64,000 nucleotides of DNA from Okamejei kenojei (lineage: Eukaryota), in assembly GCA_035221665.1 (NCBI GenBank), contig CM069165.1, positions 3,534,001-3,598,000 of the forward strand. The letters run 5' to 3'. Below the pieces are notes generated by a model. The model made no database searches. It was not told where the DNA came from and worked only from the letters and a program-made list of their open reading frames with translations. Shown one piece after another: positions 1-13,269 of this stretch (position 1 is its first letter; each line of letters begins with the position of its first letter). The position numbers were made by a program, and so were the translations under genes.

Positions 1-3000
1 CCCCCCATTGTGATTGCAAGTAATAGATGATCTGTTAGCCCCACTTTGCTTTCAATGATTACTTGATTTGTTAGCCCCCAATGTGCATGCAAGGAATACA
101 TGATTTGTTAGCCCGCAATTTGCATGCGATAAATGATTTGTTATCCCGCAATGTTCTTGCAATAAATGTTGATTTGTTAGCCTCCAGTGTGCTTGCAATA
201 AATGATGATTTAATAGCCCGCAATGTGTTTGCAATAAATTATTTGTTAGCCCGCAAAGAATGAATGATATGTCAGCCCCCACTGCGCTTGCAGGAAATAC
301 ATGATTGGTTAGCACCTAATGTGCCTGCAAGTAATGAATAATTTGTCACAACTCACTTTATTGCAAGGAATAAATGATGTGTAGCCCCCACAGTGCTTGC
401 AAAGAATAAAATATTTGTTAGCCCCCACTGTGCTTGCAAGGAATACATTACATGTTAGCTCCCACTGTGCTTGCAACGAATAACTGTTTTTAGCCCCCAC
501 TGTGCTTGCAATAAATGATTTGTTAGCCGGCAATGTGCTTGCAATAAATGATGATTAGTTAGCCCGCAATGTGCTTGCAATAAATGATGTGTTAGCCCGC
601 AATGTGCTTGAAATAAATGTTGATTTGTTAACGCCTAGTGTCTTTGCAATAAATGATGATTTGATAGCCCGCAATGTGCTTGCAATAAATTATTTGTTAG
701 CCCGCAATGTGCTTGCAATAAATGATGATTTGTTAGCCCGCAATGTGCTTGCAATAAATTCTTTGTTAGCCCCCACTGTGCTTGGAAGGAATAAGTGAGT
801 GGTTTCCCCCACTGTGCTTGTATGGATTAATGATTTATAGCCTCCACAGTGCTTGCAAATAATAAATGATTTGTTAGCCCCACTGTGCTTGCCAGGTATA
901 AATGGTGTGTTAGCCCTCACAGTGCTTGCAAAGAATGAATGATATGTTAGCCCCCACTGCGCTTAGAAATACATGATTTGTTAGCACCCAATGTGCCTGC
1001 AAGTAATGAATAATTTGTCATCACTCAATTTACTTGCAGGGAATAAATGATGTGTAGCCCCCACAGTGCTTGCAAAGAATACAATATTTGTTAGCCCCCA
1101 CTATGATTGCAAGGAATACATTACGTGTTAGCTCCCACCGTGCTTGCAACGAATAACTGTTTTTTAGCCCCCACTGTGCTTGCAATAAATGATTGGTTAG
1201 CCGGCAATGTGCTTGCAATAAATGATGATTAGTTAGCCCGCAATGTGCTTGCGATAAATGATGATATGTTAGCCAGCAATATGCTTACAATAAATGATTT
1301 CATAGCCCCCACGATGCTTGGAAGGCATAAATGATTTGTTAGCGCCCTGTGCTCTTGAACGATATAAATGATTTGCTAGCCGCCACTTTGCTTGGAAATA
1401 ATAAATTATATGTTAGCCCCCACTATGCTTGGAAGGAATTAATGATTTATTATCCCTCTCTGTGGCTTGGAAGGAATAAATGATGTGTTAGCTCCCACTG
1501 TGCTTGCAAGTGATAAACAATTTGTTAACCCCCACTGTGCTTGCAAGGAATACATGTCTGTAGCCCCCACTGTGCTTGCAAATAATAAATGATGTGTCAG
1601 CCCCCACTGTGCTTGCAAGCAATAAATCATTCGTTAGCCCCCACTGTGCCTGCAAGGAATACGTGGTTTATTAGCCGCCACTGCGTTTCGAAGGAATAAA
1701 TGATGTGGTTGCCCGCCCTGTGCTGGCGAGCAATAAATGATTTGTAAGCCCCCACTGTGCTCGGAAGTAATACATGATATGTTAGCCCGCAATGTGCTTG
1801 TAATAAGTAATGATTTGTTAGCTCGCAAAGTGCATGCAATAAATGAATGTTACCCCGCAATGCACTTGCAATAAATGATGATTATGTTAGCCCGCAATAT
1901 GCGTGCAATAAAAGATTCATTATCCCGCAATGTGCTTGCAATAAAGGATGATTTGTTAGCCCGCAATGTGCTGGCAATAAATGATTCGTTAGCTCCCAAT
2001 GTGCTTGCAAGGAATAACTGATGTGTTAGCCCCCACTGCGCTTGCAAAGAATAAATTATGTGTTAGCCTCCACTATGCTGGGAAGTAATAAATGCTGTGT
2101 TAGCCTGCACTATGATTGCAAGAAATAAAAGATTTGTTACCCCATGACTATGATTGCCAGGAATGCATGATTTGTTAGCCCCCATTGTGCTTGGAAGGAA
2201 TACATGATGTGTTTGCCGCATTGCGCTTGCAATAAATGATTTGTTAGCCCACAATGTGTTTGCAATGAATGATTTGTTACCGCAAAATTTGTTTGTAATA
2301 CATAATGATTTGTTAGCCCGCAATGTGCTTGCAATAAATTATGATGCGTTAGCCCGCAATGTGTTTGCAATATATGTTTGTTAGCCCGCAAACTGCTTCC
2401 AATATATGATGATTAGTTAGCCCACTATGTGCTTCCAATATATGACGATATGTTAGCCCGCAATGTGCTTCCAATAAACGATGAGTAGTTAGCTCGCAAT
2501 GTGCTTGCAAAAATGACGATATGTTAGCCCGCCATGTGCATGCGATAAATGATTTGTTAGCCCGCAATGTGCTTGCAATAAATGATTTGTTAGCCGGTAA
2601 TGTGCTTGCAATAAATGATGATTAGTTAGCCCGCAATGTGCTTGCAATAAATGATGTGTTAGCCCGCAATGTGCTTGAAATAAATGTTGATTTGTTAACG
2701 CCTAGTGTGTTACCAATAAATGATGATTTGATAGCCCGCAATGTGCTTGCAATTAATTTATTTGCTAACCCGCAATGTGCTTGCAATAAATGATGATTTG
2801 TTAGCCCGCAATGTGCTTGCAATAAATTATTTGAAAGCCCCCACTGTGCTTGGAAGGAATAAGTGAGTGGTTTCCCCCACGGTGCTTGAATGGATTAATG
2901 ATATATAGCCTCCAGTGCTTGCAAATAATAAATGATTTGTTAGCCCCACTGTGCTTGCCAGGTATAAATGATGTGTTAGCCCTCACAGTGCTTGCAAAGA

Positions 3001-6000
3001 ATGAATGATATGTTAGCCCCCACTGCGCTTAGAAATACATGATTTGTTAGCACCCAATGTGCCTGCAAGTAATGAATAATTTGTCATCACTCAATTTACT
3101 TGCAGGGAATAAATGATATGTAGCCCCCACAGTGCTTGCAAAGAATAAAATATTTGTTAGCCCCCACTATGATTGCAAGGAATACATTACGTGTTAGCTC
3201 CCACTGTGCTTGCAACGAATAACTGTTTTTAGCCCCCACTGTGCTTGCAATAAATGATTGGTTAGCCGGCAATGTGCTTGCAATAAATGATGATTAGTTA
3301 GCCCGCAATGTGCTTGCAATAAATGATGATATGTTAGCCAGCAATATGCTTACAATAAATGATTTCATAGCCCCCACGATGCTTGGAAGGCATAAATGAT
3401 TTGTTAGCACCCTGTGCTCTTGAACGATATAAATGATTTGCTAGCCGCCACTTTGCTTGGAAATAATAAATTATATGTTTGCCCCCACTATGCTTGGAAG
3501 GAATTAATGATTTATTATCCCTCTCTGTGGCTTGGAAGGAATAAATGATTTGTTAGCTCCCACTGTGCTTGCAAGTGATAAACAATTTGTTAACCCCCAC
3601 TGTGCTTGCAAGGAATACATGATTTGTAGCCCCCACTGTGCTTGCAAATAATAAATGATGTGTCAGCCCCCACTGTGCTTGCAAGGAATAAATCATTTGT
3701 TAGCCCCCACTGTGCCTGCAAGGAATACGTGGTGTATTAGCCGCCACTGCGTTTCGAAGGAATAAATGATGTGGTTGCCCGCACTGTGCTGGCGAGGAAT
3801 AAATGATTTGTGAGCCCCCACTGTGCTCGGAAGTAATACATGATATATTAGCTCGCAATGTGCTTGTAATAAGTAATGATTTGTTAACTCGCAAAGTGCT
3901 TGCAATAAATGAATGTTACCTCGCAATGCACTTGCAATAAATGATGATTATGTTAGCCCGCAATATGCTTGCACTAAAAGATTCATTATCCCGCAATGTG
4001 CTTGCAATAAAGGATGATTTGATAGCCCGCAATGTGCTGGCAATAAATGATTCGTTAGCTCCCAATGTGCTTGCAAGGAATAACTGATGTGTTAGCCCCC
4101 ACTGCGCTTGCAAAGAATATATTATGTGTTAGCCTCTACTATGCTGGTAAGTAATAAATGCTGTGTTAGCCTGCACTATGATTGCAAGAAATAAAAGATT
4201 TGTTACCCCATGACTATGATTGCCAGGAATGCATGATTTGTTAGCCCCCATTGTGCTTGGAAGGAATACATGATGTGTTTGCCGCATTGCGCTTGCAATA
4301 AATGATTTGTTAGCCCACAATGTGTTTGCAATGAATGATTTGTTACGCCAAAATTTGCTTGTAATACATAATGATTTGTTAGCCCGCAATGTGCTTGCAA
4401 TAAAAGATTCGGTACCCGGAATGTGCTTGCAATAAATTATGATGCGTTAGCCCGCAATGTGTTTGCAATATATGTTTGTTAGCCCGCAAACTGCTTCCAA
4501 TATATGACGATATGTTTAGGGGTAACGTGAGGGGGAACTTCTTTACTCAGAGGGTGGTGGCTGTGTGGAATGAGCTTCCAGCAGAGGTGGTGGAGGCAGG
4601 ATCTATTTTAACATTTAAAAGTAAAGTTGATAGGTATATGGACGTGAAGGGAATGGAAGGGTATGGTCTGAGTGCAGGTAGATGGGACTAGGGGAAAACA
4701 AATGGTCGGCACGGACTGGAAGGGCCGAGAGGGCCTGTCTCCGTGCTGTAATTGTTATATGGTTATATGTTACCCCGCAATGTGCTTCCAATAAACGATG
4801 ATTAGTTAGCTCGCAATGTGCTTGCAAAAATGACGATATGTTAGCCCGCCATGTGCATGCGATAAATGATTTGTTAGCCCGCAATGTGCTTGCAATAAAG
4901 GTTGATTGGTTAACCCGCAATGTGCTTGCAAAGAGTACAATATTTGTTAGCCCCCACTGTGCTTGCAAGGATTAAGTGACATGTTAGCCCCCAATACGCT
5001 TGCGAGGAATACAGGATGTGTAAGCCCGCACTGTGCTTGCAAGCAATAAATGAGTTTTTAGCCTCCACTGTGCTTGCAAGGAATAAAATATGTCTTACCC
5101 CCCACTGTGATTGCAAGGAATACATGTTTTATTAGTCCACACTGTGCTTGCAAGGAATGGATGATTTGTTAGCCCGCACTGTGCTTGGAAGGATTACATG
5201 ATTTGATAGCCGGAATGTGCTTGCAATAAATTATGTGTTAGCCCGCAATGTGCTTGCAATAAATAATGATTTGTTAGCCCGCAATGTGCTTGCAATAAAC
5301 GAGTTCTTAGCCCGCAATGTGCTTGCGATAAATGATTTGTTAGCCCGCAATATGCTTGCAATAAATGATAATGTGTTAGCCAGCAATATGCTTACAATAC
5401 ATGATTTCATAGCCCCCTGGATGCTTGGAAGGAATAAATAACGTGTTAGGCCCCTGTGCTCTAGAAAGATATAAATGATTTGTTAGCCCCCACTGTGCTT
5501 GCAATATATCATGAATTGTTAGCCCGCAATGTGCTTGGAATAAATTATTTGTTAGCCCCCACTGTGCTTGGAAGGAATAAATGATTTGTTTCCCCCACTG
5601 TGCTTGTATGGATTAATGATTTATATCCCCCACAATGCTTGGAATGATAAATGATTTGTTAGCCCCACTGTGCTTGCCAGGTATACATGAAGTGTTAGCC
5701 CTCACAGTGCTTGCAAAGAATGAATGATATGTCAGTCCCCACTGCGCTTGCAAGAAATACATGATTTGTTAGCACCCAATGTGCCTGCAAGTAATGAAAA
5801 ATTTGTCACCACTCACTTTACTTGCAAGGAATAAATGATGTGTAGCCCCCACAGTGCTTGCAAAGAATACATTATTTGTTAGCCCTCACTTTGCTTGCAA
5901 GGAATACATTACGTGTTAGCTCCCACTGTGCTTGCAACGAATAACTGTTTTTTTAGCCCCCACTGTGCTTGCAATAAATGATTTGTTAGCCGGCAATGTG

Positions 6001-9000
6001 CCTGCAATTAATGATGATAAGTTAGCCGGCAATGTGCTTGCAATAAATGATTTGTTAGCCCGCAATGTGCGTGCAATAAATAATGATGTGTTAGCCTGCA
6101 ATGTGCTTGCGATAAATGAATTGTTAGCCCGCAATGTGCTTGCGATAAATGATGTGTTAGCCCGAAATGTGCTTGCAATAAATGATGATGTGTTAGCCAG
6201 CAATATGCTTACAATAAATGATTTCATAGCCCCCACGATTCATGGAAGGAATAAATGATTTGTTAGCGCCCTGTGCTCTTGAAAATTATAAATGATTTGT
6301 TAGCTCCCACTGCGCTTGGAAATAATAAATTATGTGTTAGCCCCCACTCTGCTTGGAAGGAATAAATGATTTATTATCCCTCTCTATGCTTGAAAGCAAT
6401 AAATGATTTGTTATCTCCCACTGTGCTTGCAAGTGATAAATAATGTGTTAACCCCCACTGCGCTTGCAAGGAATACAAGATTTGTAGCCCCCACAGTGCT
6501 TGCAAAAAATAAATGATGTGTCAGTCCCTACTGTGCTTGCAAGGAATAAATGATTTGTTAGCCCCCACTGTGCTTGCAAGGAACAAATCATTTGTTATCC
6601 CCCACTGTGCATGCACGGCATACGTGATGTATTAGCCCCCATTACGTTTAGAAGGAATACATGATGTGGTTGTACTCACTGTGCTGGCGAGGAATAAATG
6701 ATTTGTGAGCCACAACTGTGCTCGAAAGGAATAAATGATTTGTTAGCCCGCAATGTGCTTGTAATAAATAATGATTTGTTAGCTCGCAATGTGCTTGCAA
6801 TAAATGAATTGTTACCCCTTGCAATAAATGATGATATGTTAGCCGGCAATATGCTTGCAATAAAAGATTCATTATCCCGCAATGTGCTTGCAATAAAGGA
6901 TTATGTTTTTGCCCGCAATGTGCTTGCAATAAATGATTCGTTAGCCCCCACTGTGCTTGCAAGGAATAACTGATGTGTTAGCCCCCACTGCGCTTGCAAA
7001 GAATAAATTATGTGTTAGGCTCCACTATGCTGGGAAGTAATAAATGCTGTGGTAGCCTCCACTATGATTGCAAGAAATAAAAGATTTGTTACCCCATGAC
7101 TATGATTGTCAGGAATGCATGATTTGTTAGCCCTCGCTGTGCTAGCAAGGAATAAATGATTTGTTAGCCCCCATTGTGCTTGGAAGGAATAAAATATTCG
7201 GTTGCCGCAATACTCCTGCAATAAATGATTTGTTAGCCCACTATGTGTTTGCAATGAATCATTTGTTACCCCGAAATGTGCTTGTAATACATAATGATTT
7301 GTTAGCCCGCAATGTGCTTGCAATAAAAGATTTGTTACCGGAGTGTGCTTGCAATAAATTATAATGCGTTAGCCCGCAATGTGTTTGAAATATATTCTTT
7401 GTTAGCCGCAATGTGCTTCCAATATATGATGATTAGTTAGCCCGCAATATGCTTGCAAAATATGACGTTATGTTAGCCCGCAATTTGCTTCCAATAAACG
7501 ATGATTAGTTAGCCCGCAATGTGCTTGCAAATGTTGACGATATGTTAGCCCGCCATGTGCATGCAATAAATGATTTGTTAGCCAGCAATGCGCTTGCAAT
7601 AATTGATGATTTGTTAACCAGCAATGTGCTTGCAAGGAATATAATATGTGTTAGCCCCCACTGTGCTTGCAAGGAATAAGTGACGTGTTAGCCCCCACTA
7701 CGCTTGCAAGGAATACATGATGTGTAAGCCCGCACTGTGCTTGCAAGCAATAAATGAGTTTTGAGCCCCCACTGTGCTTGCAAGGATAAAAAAATGTCTA
7801 ACCCCCTCTGTGATTGTAAGGAATACATGGTTTATTAGTCCACACTGTGATTGCAAGGAATGGATGATTTGGTAGCCCACACTTTGTTTGGAAGGATTAC
7901 ACGATTTGATAGACGGAATTTGCTTGCAAATAATTTATTTTACTTTCAATAATTAATGATTTGTGAGCCCGCAATGTGCTTGCGATAAATGATTTCTTAG
8001 CCTGCAATGTGCTTGCGATAAATAATTTGTTACCCCGCAATGTGCTTGCAATAAATGATGATGTCAGCCAGCAACATGCTTACAATAAATGATTTCATAG
8101 CCCCCTGGATGCTTGGAAGGAATAAATGACTTGTTAGCCCACTGTGCTCTTGAAAGATATAAATGATTTGTTGGCCCCCACTGTGCTTGGAAATAATAAA
8201 TTATGTGTTAGCCCACAATGTGCTCGGAAGGAATAAATTATTTATTATCCCTCACTGTGCTTGGAAGGAATACATGATTTGTTTGCTCCCACCGTGCTTG
8301 CAAGTAATAAATAATTTGTTAACCCACACTGTGCTTGCAAGGAATACATGATTTGCAGCCCCCACTGTGCTTGCAAATAATAAATGATGTGTCAGCCCCC
8401 AATATGCTTGCAAGGAATAATGATTTGTTAGCCCCCATTGTGCTTGCAAGGAATAAATAATTCGTTAGACCCCGCTGTGCCTGCAATGAATACGTGATAT
8501 ATTAGCCCCCACTCCATTTCCAAGGAAGAAATGGTGTGGTTGCCAGCACTGTGCTGGCGAGGAATAAATTATTTGTGACCCCCATTGTGCTCGGAATGAA
8601 TAAATGATTTGTTAGCCCGCAATGTGCTTTAATAACTAATGATTTGTTAGCCCGCAATGTGCTTGCAATAAATGAATTGTTACCCCGCAATTCACTAGCA
8701 ATAAATGATGTTATGTTAGCCCGCAATATGCTTGCAAAAAAAAAAATCAATATCCCGCAATGTGCTTGCAGTAAAGGATTTGTTAGCCCGCAATGTGCTT
8801 GCAATAAATGATGACTTGTTAGCCCCCAATGTGCTTGCAATTAATTATGATTTGTTAGCCACCAATCTGCTTGCAATAAATGATTTATTATCCTGCAATG
8901 TGCTTGCAATAAATAATTCGTTAGCCCCCACTGTGCTTGCAAGAAATAACGGACGTGTTACCCCCTCTGCGCTTGCAAAGAATAAATTATGTGTTAGCCT

Positions 9001-11714
9001 CCACTGTACTGGGAAGTAATACATTATGTGTTACCCTCCACTATGCTTGCAAGAAATAAAATATTTGTTACCCCATTCTGATTGGAATGAATAAAAGATT
9101 GGAATGATTGTGATTGTTACCCCTCCGTGATTGCCAGGAATGCATGATTTGTTAGCCCCCGCTGTGATTGCAAGGAATAAATGATTTGTTAGCCCCCATT
9201 GTGCTTGGAATGAATAAAAGATTTGTTTGCCGCAATGCGCTTGCAATAAATGATTTGTTGACCCACAATGTGTTTAAAATGAATGATGTTTTACCAAATC
9301 ATTATGTGCTTGCAATACAAGATTTGTTACCCGGAATGTGCTTGCAATAAATTATGATGCGTTGGCTCGCAATGTGTTTGCAATATATGTTTTGTTAGCC
9401 CGCAATGTGCTTGCAATATATGATGATTAATTATCCCGAAATGTGCTTGCAATAAATGACGATATGTTAGCCCGCAATGTGCTTCCAATAGTCGATAATT
9501 AGTTAGCCCGCAATATGCTTGCAAAATATGACGTTATGTTAGACCGCAATTTGCTTCCAATAAACGATGATTAGTTAGCCCGCAATATGCTTGCAAAAGT
9601 TGATGATATGTTAGCCCGCCATGTGCATGCAATAAAATGATTTGTTAGCCCGCAATGTGCTTGCTATAAATGTTGATTTGTTAACCCGCAATGTGCTTGC
9701 AAGGAATACAATATGTGTTAGCCCCCCACTGTGCTCGCAAGGAATAAGTGATGTGTTCGCCCCCACTACGCTTGCAAGGAATACATGATGTCTAAGCCCG
9801 CACTGTTTCTGCAAGCAATAAATGAATTGTTAGACGCCACTGTGCCTGCAAGGAATAACATATGTCTTACCCCCCACTGTGATTGCAAGGAATAAATGGT
9901 GTATTAGTCCACAATATGCTTGCAAGGAATGGATGATGTGTTAGCCCACACTCTGCTTGGAAGGATTACATGATTTGATAGCAGAAATGTGCTTGCAATA
10001 AATGATTTGTTCGCCCACAATTTGTTTGCAATTAATAATCTGTTACCTAGCAATGAGCTTGCAATTAATGATGTGTTAGCCCGCAATGAGCTTGCAATCA
10101 ATGATGAATAGTTATCCCGCAATGTGCTTGCAATATCTCATGATTTGTTTGCCCGCAATGTGCTTGCAATAAATTATTTGTTAGCCCACAATGTGCTTAC
10201 AATAAATGATGATTAGGTATCCCGCAATGTGCTTGCAATACATGATTTGTTAGCCCGCAATGTGCTTGCAATACATGATTTGTTACCACGAAATGTGCTT
10301 GCAATATATATTATTATTTGTTAGCCCGCATTGTGATTGCAATAAATGATGTGATAGCACGCAATGTGCTTGCAATACATGATTTGTTACCCAGAAATGT
10401 GCTTGGAATATATAAGTATTTGTTAGTCCGGAATGGTCTTGCAAAAATTGATTTGTTATCGTGCAATGTGCTTGCAATAATTGGCCATTAGGTTGCCCGC
10501 AGTGTGCTTGCAATAAATGACGACTAGTTAGCCCGCAAAGTGCAAACCATAAATGATCTGTTAGCCCCAACATGCTTGCAACAAATTATGATTAGTTAGC
10601 CCGCAATGTGCTTGTTATAAATGATTTGTTACCCCGACATGTCCTTGAAATATATAATTATGTGTTAGCCCGCATTGTGATTGCAATAAATTATGTGTTA
10701 GCACGTTATGTGCTTGCAATACATGATATGTTACCCCGAAAAATGCTTGTAATATATAATTATTTATTTGTCCGGAATGTGCTTGCAAAAAAAAAATTGG
10801 TAGCCCCCACTGTGCTTGCAAGGTGTAAATGACTTGGCACTCCCCATTGTGCCTGCCAGGAATAAATGATTTGATAGCCCCCACTGTGCTTGCAAGGAAT
10901 AGATGATCTGTTAACCTCCACGGCGCTTGCAAGGAATACGTTATTTGTTAGCCCCCACTGCGCTTGCAAGGAATACATGTTCTGTTACCACCCACTGTGC
11001 GTGGAAGGAACAATTTATTTTTTAGCCCGCAATGTGCTTGTAATAAATGATGATTAGTAAGCCCGCAATGTGCTTGCAATAAATGATTTGTTAGCCGGCA
11101 ATGTGTTTGCAATAAATGATGATGTGTTAACCTCCACTGCGCTTGCAAGGAATACATCATTTATTACCCCCACTGCGCTTGGAATGAATACATGATCTGT
11201 GAGCCCCCACAGTACTTGCAAGGACAACATTATTTGTTAGCCCCCACTGTGCTTGAAAGGAATAAACGATTTGTTAGCTCCGCACAGTGCTTGCAAGTAA
11301 TAGATGATTTGTTAGCCTCCTCTGTGCTTGCAATAAATAGATTATGTGTTAGCCCCCACTGTGCATGCAGTGAATACATTATTTGTTAGCCCCCACTGCG
11401 CTTGTAAGAAATAAATTATTTGTTACCCCCACTGTGCTTGCTGTGAATAAATGATTCGCTAGCCGCCACTGTGCTTGCAAGGAATAGATGCTTTGCTAGC
11501 CCCCATTGCGCTTGGAAGGAATAAATGATTTGTTAGCCACCACTGGGCTTGCAAAGAATAAATTATTTGTTATCCCCCATTACTTGCAAGGAATACGTGA
11601 TTTATTAACCCCCACTGTGCTTGGAAGGAATACATGATTTCTTAGACCCCACTTTGCTTGCATGGAATAAAATATTTGTTCCCCCCCCCCCCCACGGTGA
11701 TTGCAAGGAATAAA
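1..11714. repeat. Satellite DNA array (33/36/37-bp monomers), left part
   Basis: Continuous tandem monomers tgtgcttgcaaggaataaatgatttgttagcccccac (37 bp) and tgtgcttgcaataaat(gat)gatttgttagcccgcaa (33/36 bp); paired ORF-track translations recur at a 2066-bp offset (1627/3693, 2063/4129). Confidence 0.97.
4514..4769 (+). mobile_element. CR1 LINE 3' fragment (family B) inserted in the satellite
   Basis: Encodes CR1 ORF2 C-terminus NFFTQRVVAVWNELPAEVVEAG...AGRWD followed by 3' UTR and (GGTTATAT)n tail; flanked by atatgtt at 4510-4516 and 4765-4771. Confidence 0.9.
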
Positions 11715-11848
11715 TTTTACTTCGGAGTCACGTGAGTGACTACGTGAATAGAAGCCCGTACAGCCGTTGGTGCGTCATGACGTCAGACGCTGGTGCAGTC
11801 GGGAACGGTTGGAGCAGCAGCGCTCCTCCGAGCGGTAAGTTTAAACGG

Positions 11849-11982
11849 GTTACACGAAAAACTGGAGAATTCAGCGGGTGCAGCAGCATCTAAGGAGCGA
11901 AGGAGATGGGCGACGTTTCGGGTCGAGACCCTTCTTCAGACTTCACCCTCCATTCTCCAGCATCTGCAGTTTTCGTTAACAG
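11849..11982. mobile_element. Short Penelope-type terminal-repeat insertion within the DIRS element
   Basis: Matches the repeat at 43085-43212; flanked by the 10-bp direct repeat gtttaaacgg (11839-11848, 11983-11992); carries a CTGAAGA...GAAAC GTC hammerhead-like core on the minus strand. Confidence 0.65.
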
Positions 11983-12358
11983 GTTTAAACGGAGGTAAGG
12001 TTTGTTGAAATACTTTACCACAGGTCATTTTCTGCGACGGTTGAGAGTAGATATGTTGCAGAAAGTGAAGAAGGTGTCGGCGAGGCGCTCCGGGGGTAGA
12101 AAGGAGAGTGACCAGGAGAGTGTTGAGGATGGAGGCCCGTCTGGTACACACCTGGTCCGGTGCTGGCTACACAGCCAGTGGTTGCGGACCCACTGCCGGG
12201 GGGCAGTGGAGGCTTGCACAGTAGGGTGGAAGGCCACTGGCAAGTCTCTGTGGCCCGTAGATGAGTCGGGCCTGGAGGTTATACCCTCCATAGGAGAGTC
12301 TGTTTGATCACGGCTCTCCCACATCGAGATTCTATTACAAAAGAATGCTCGACAGGGA

Positions 12359-12571
12359 CCAGCTCCGTGAGGAGGAGTGGTGCCCAAGCCAGGCTGATGG
12401 AGAGCTTGTGCTAGCAGCACCTGTTTCAGGGCTGCAGAACTATCCTGCTGTGAGGAGGATGTTCCAGCTCCGTGAGGAGGAGTGGTGCCCAAGCCAAGGA
12501 CTGATGGAGAGCTTGTGCTAGCAGCACCTGTTTCAGGGCTGCAGAACTATCCTGCCTGTGAGGAGGATGTT
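12359..12571 (+). repeat. ~105-bp tandem duplication in the DIRS gag-like region
   Basis: ccagctccgtgaggaggagtgg...gaggaggatgtt occurs twice (12359-12463, 12464-12571). Confidence 0.9.
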
Positions 12572-13269
12572 CTATCAGGGCCGTTTGCTGACACTGTTTC
12601 TATGCTGGGGGAGAGCAAGGTGTTCGGTTGGAGGTAATTCCGAACATTGCTGGGAAGTTTGCTGAGTGTAGAGAGGCAGGAAAGGCGATTGATGTAGAAT
12701 GGCCGAAGCCATTCAGTATATGCTCTCCCACCAGTTACAGGAGCTAGCTATGGATGAAGTAGCAAAAAAAACTATAAAGCTCCTGTTAATTGTGATCTCC
12801 TGAAGGTACCGGTGGTTAATCACCAAATTTTGCATAGATGGGTTTGCCTGCTAGGGCCCAGAGATGAAGTTTTAAAAAAGTGCTTAAACTGTTGTAAGCA
12901 GGTATTACAGCTGTGGTGAAAGTTACTGATACAAATGATATGGTTGAAGCACACCAGGATGAACTGGGGACTCCTTTGTAATGCATTTTGAAATTAATAA
13001 TGTCGGGAGGGCCGCTATTAGGCCAGTGCTAACCGGAATTTGGCGAGTTGTGCAAACCGACCAGTGTACCACCACGAAATCTGTTGTTTGGTGGTAACCT
13101 TGCAAAAAGGGTCAAAGACTGTTATGAGTTGTTAACCATGGCCCTCATTAAGCCAGCTGGAAGCAAGGCAAAAAAGGTTCTCTACAAGAAGTCGAGGACA
13201 ACAAGGCCGCAAGGAAAGATGCTGGTAAGGAATATAACATTTGACAGACGATGAATTAACTGACGTTCC

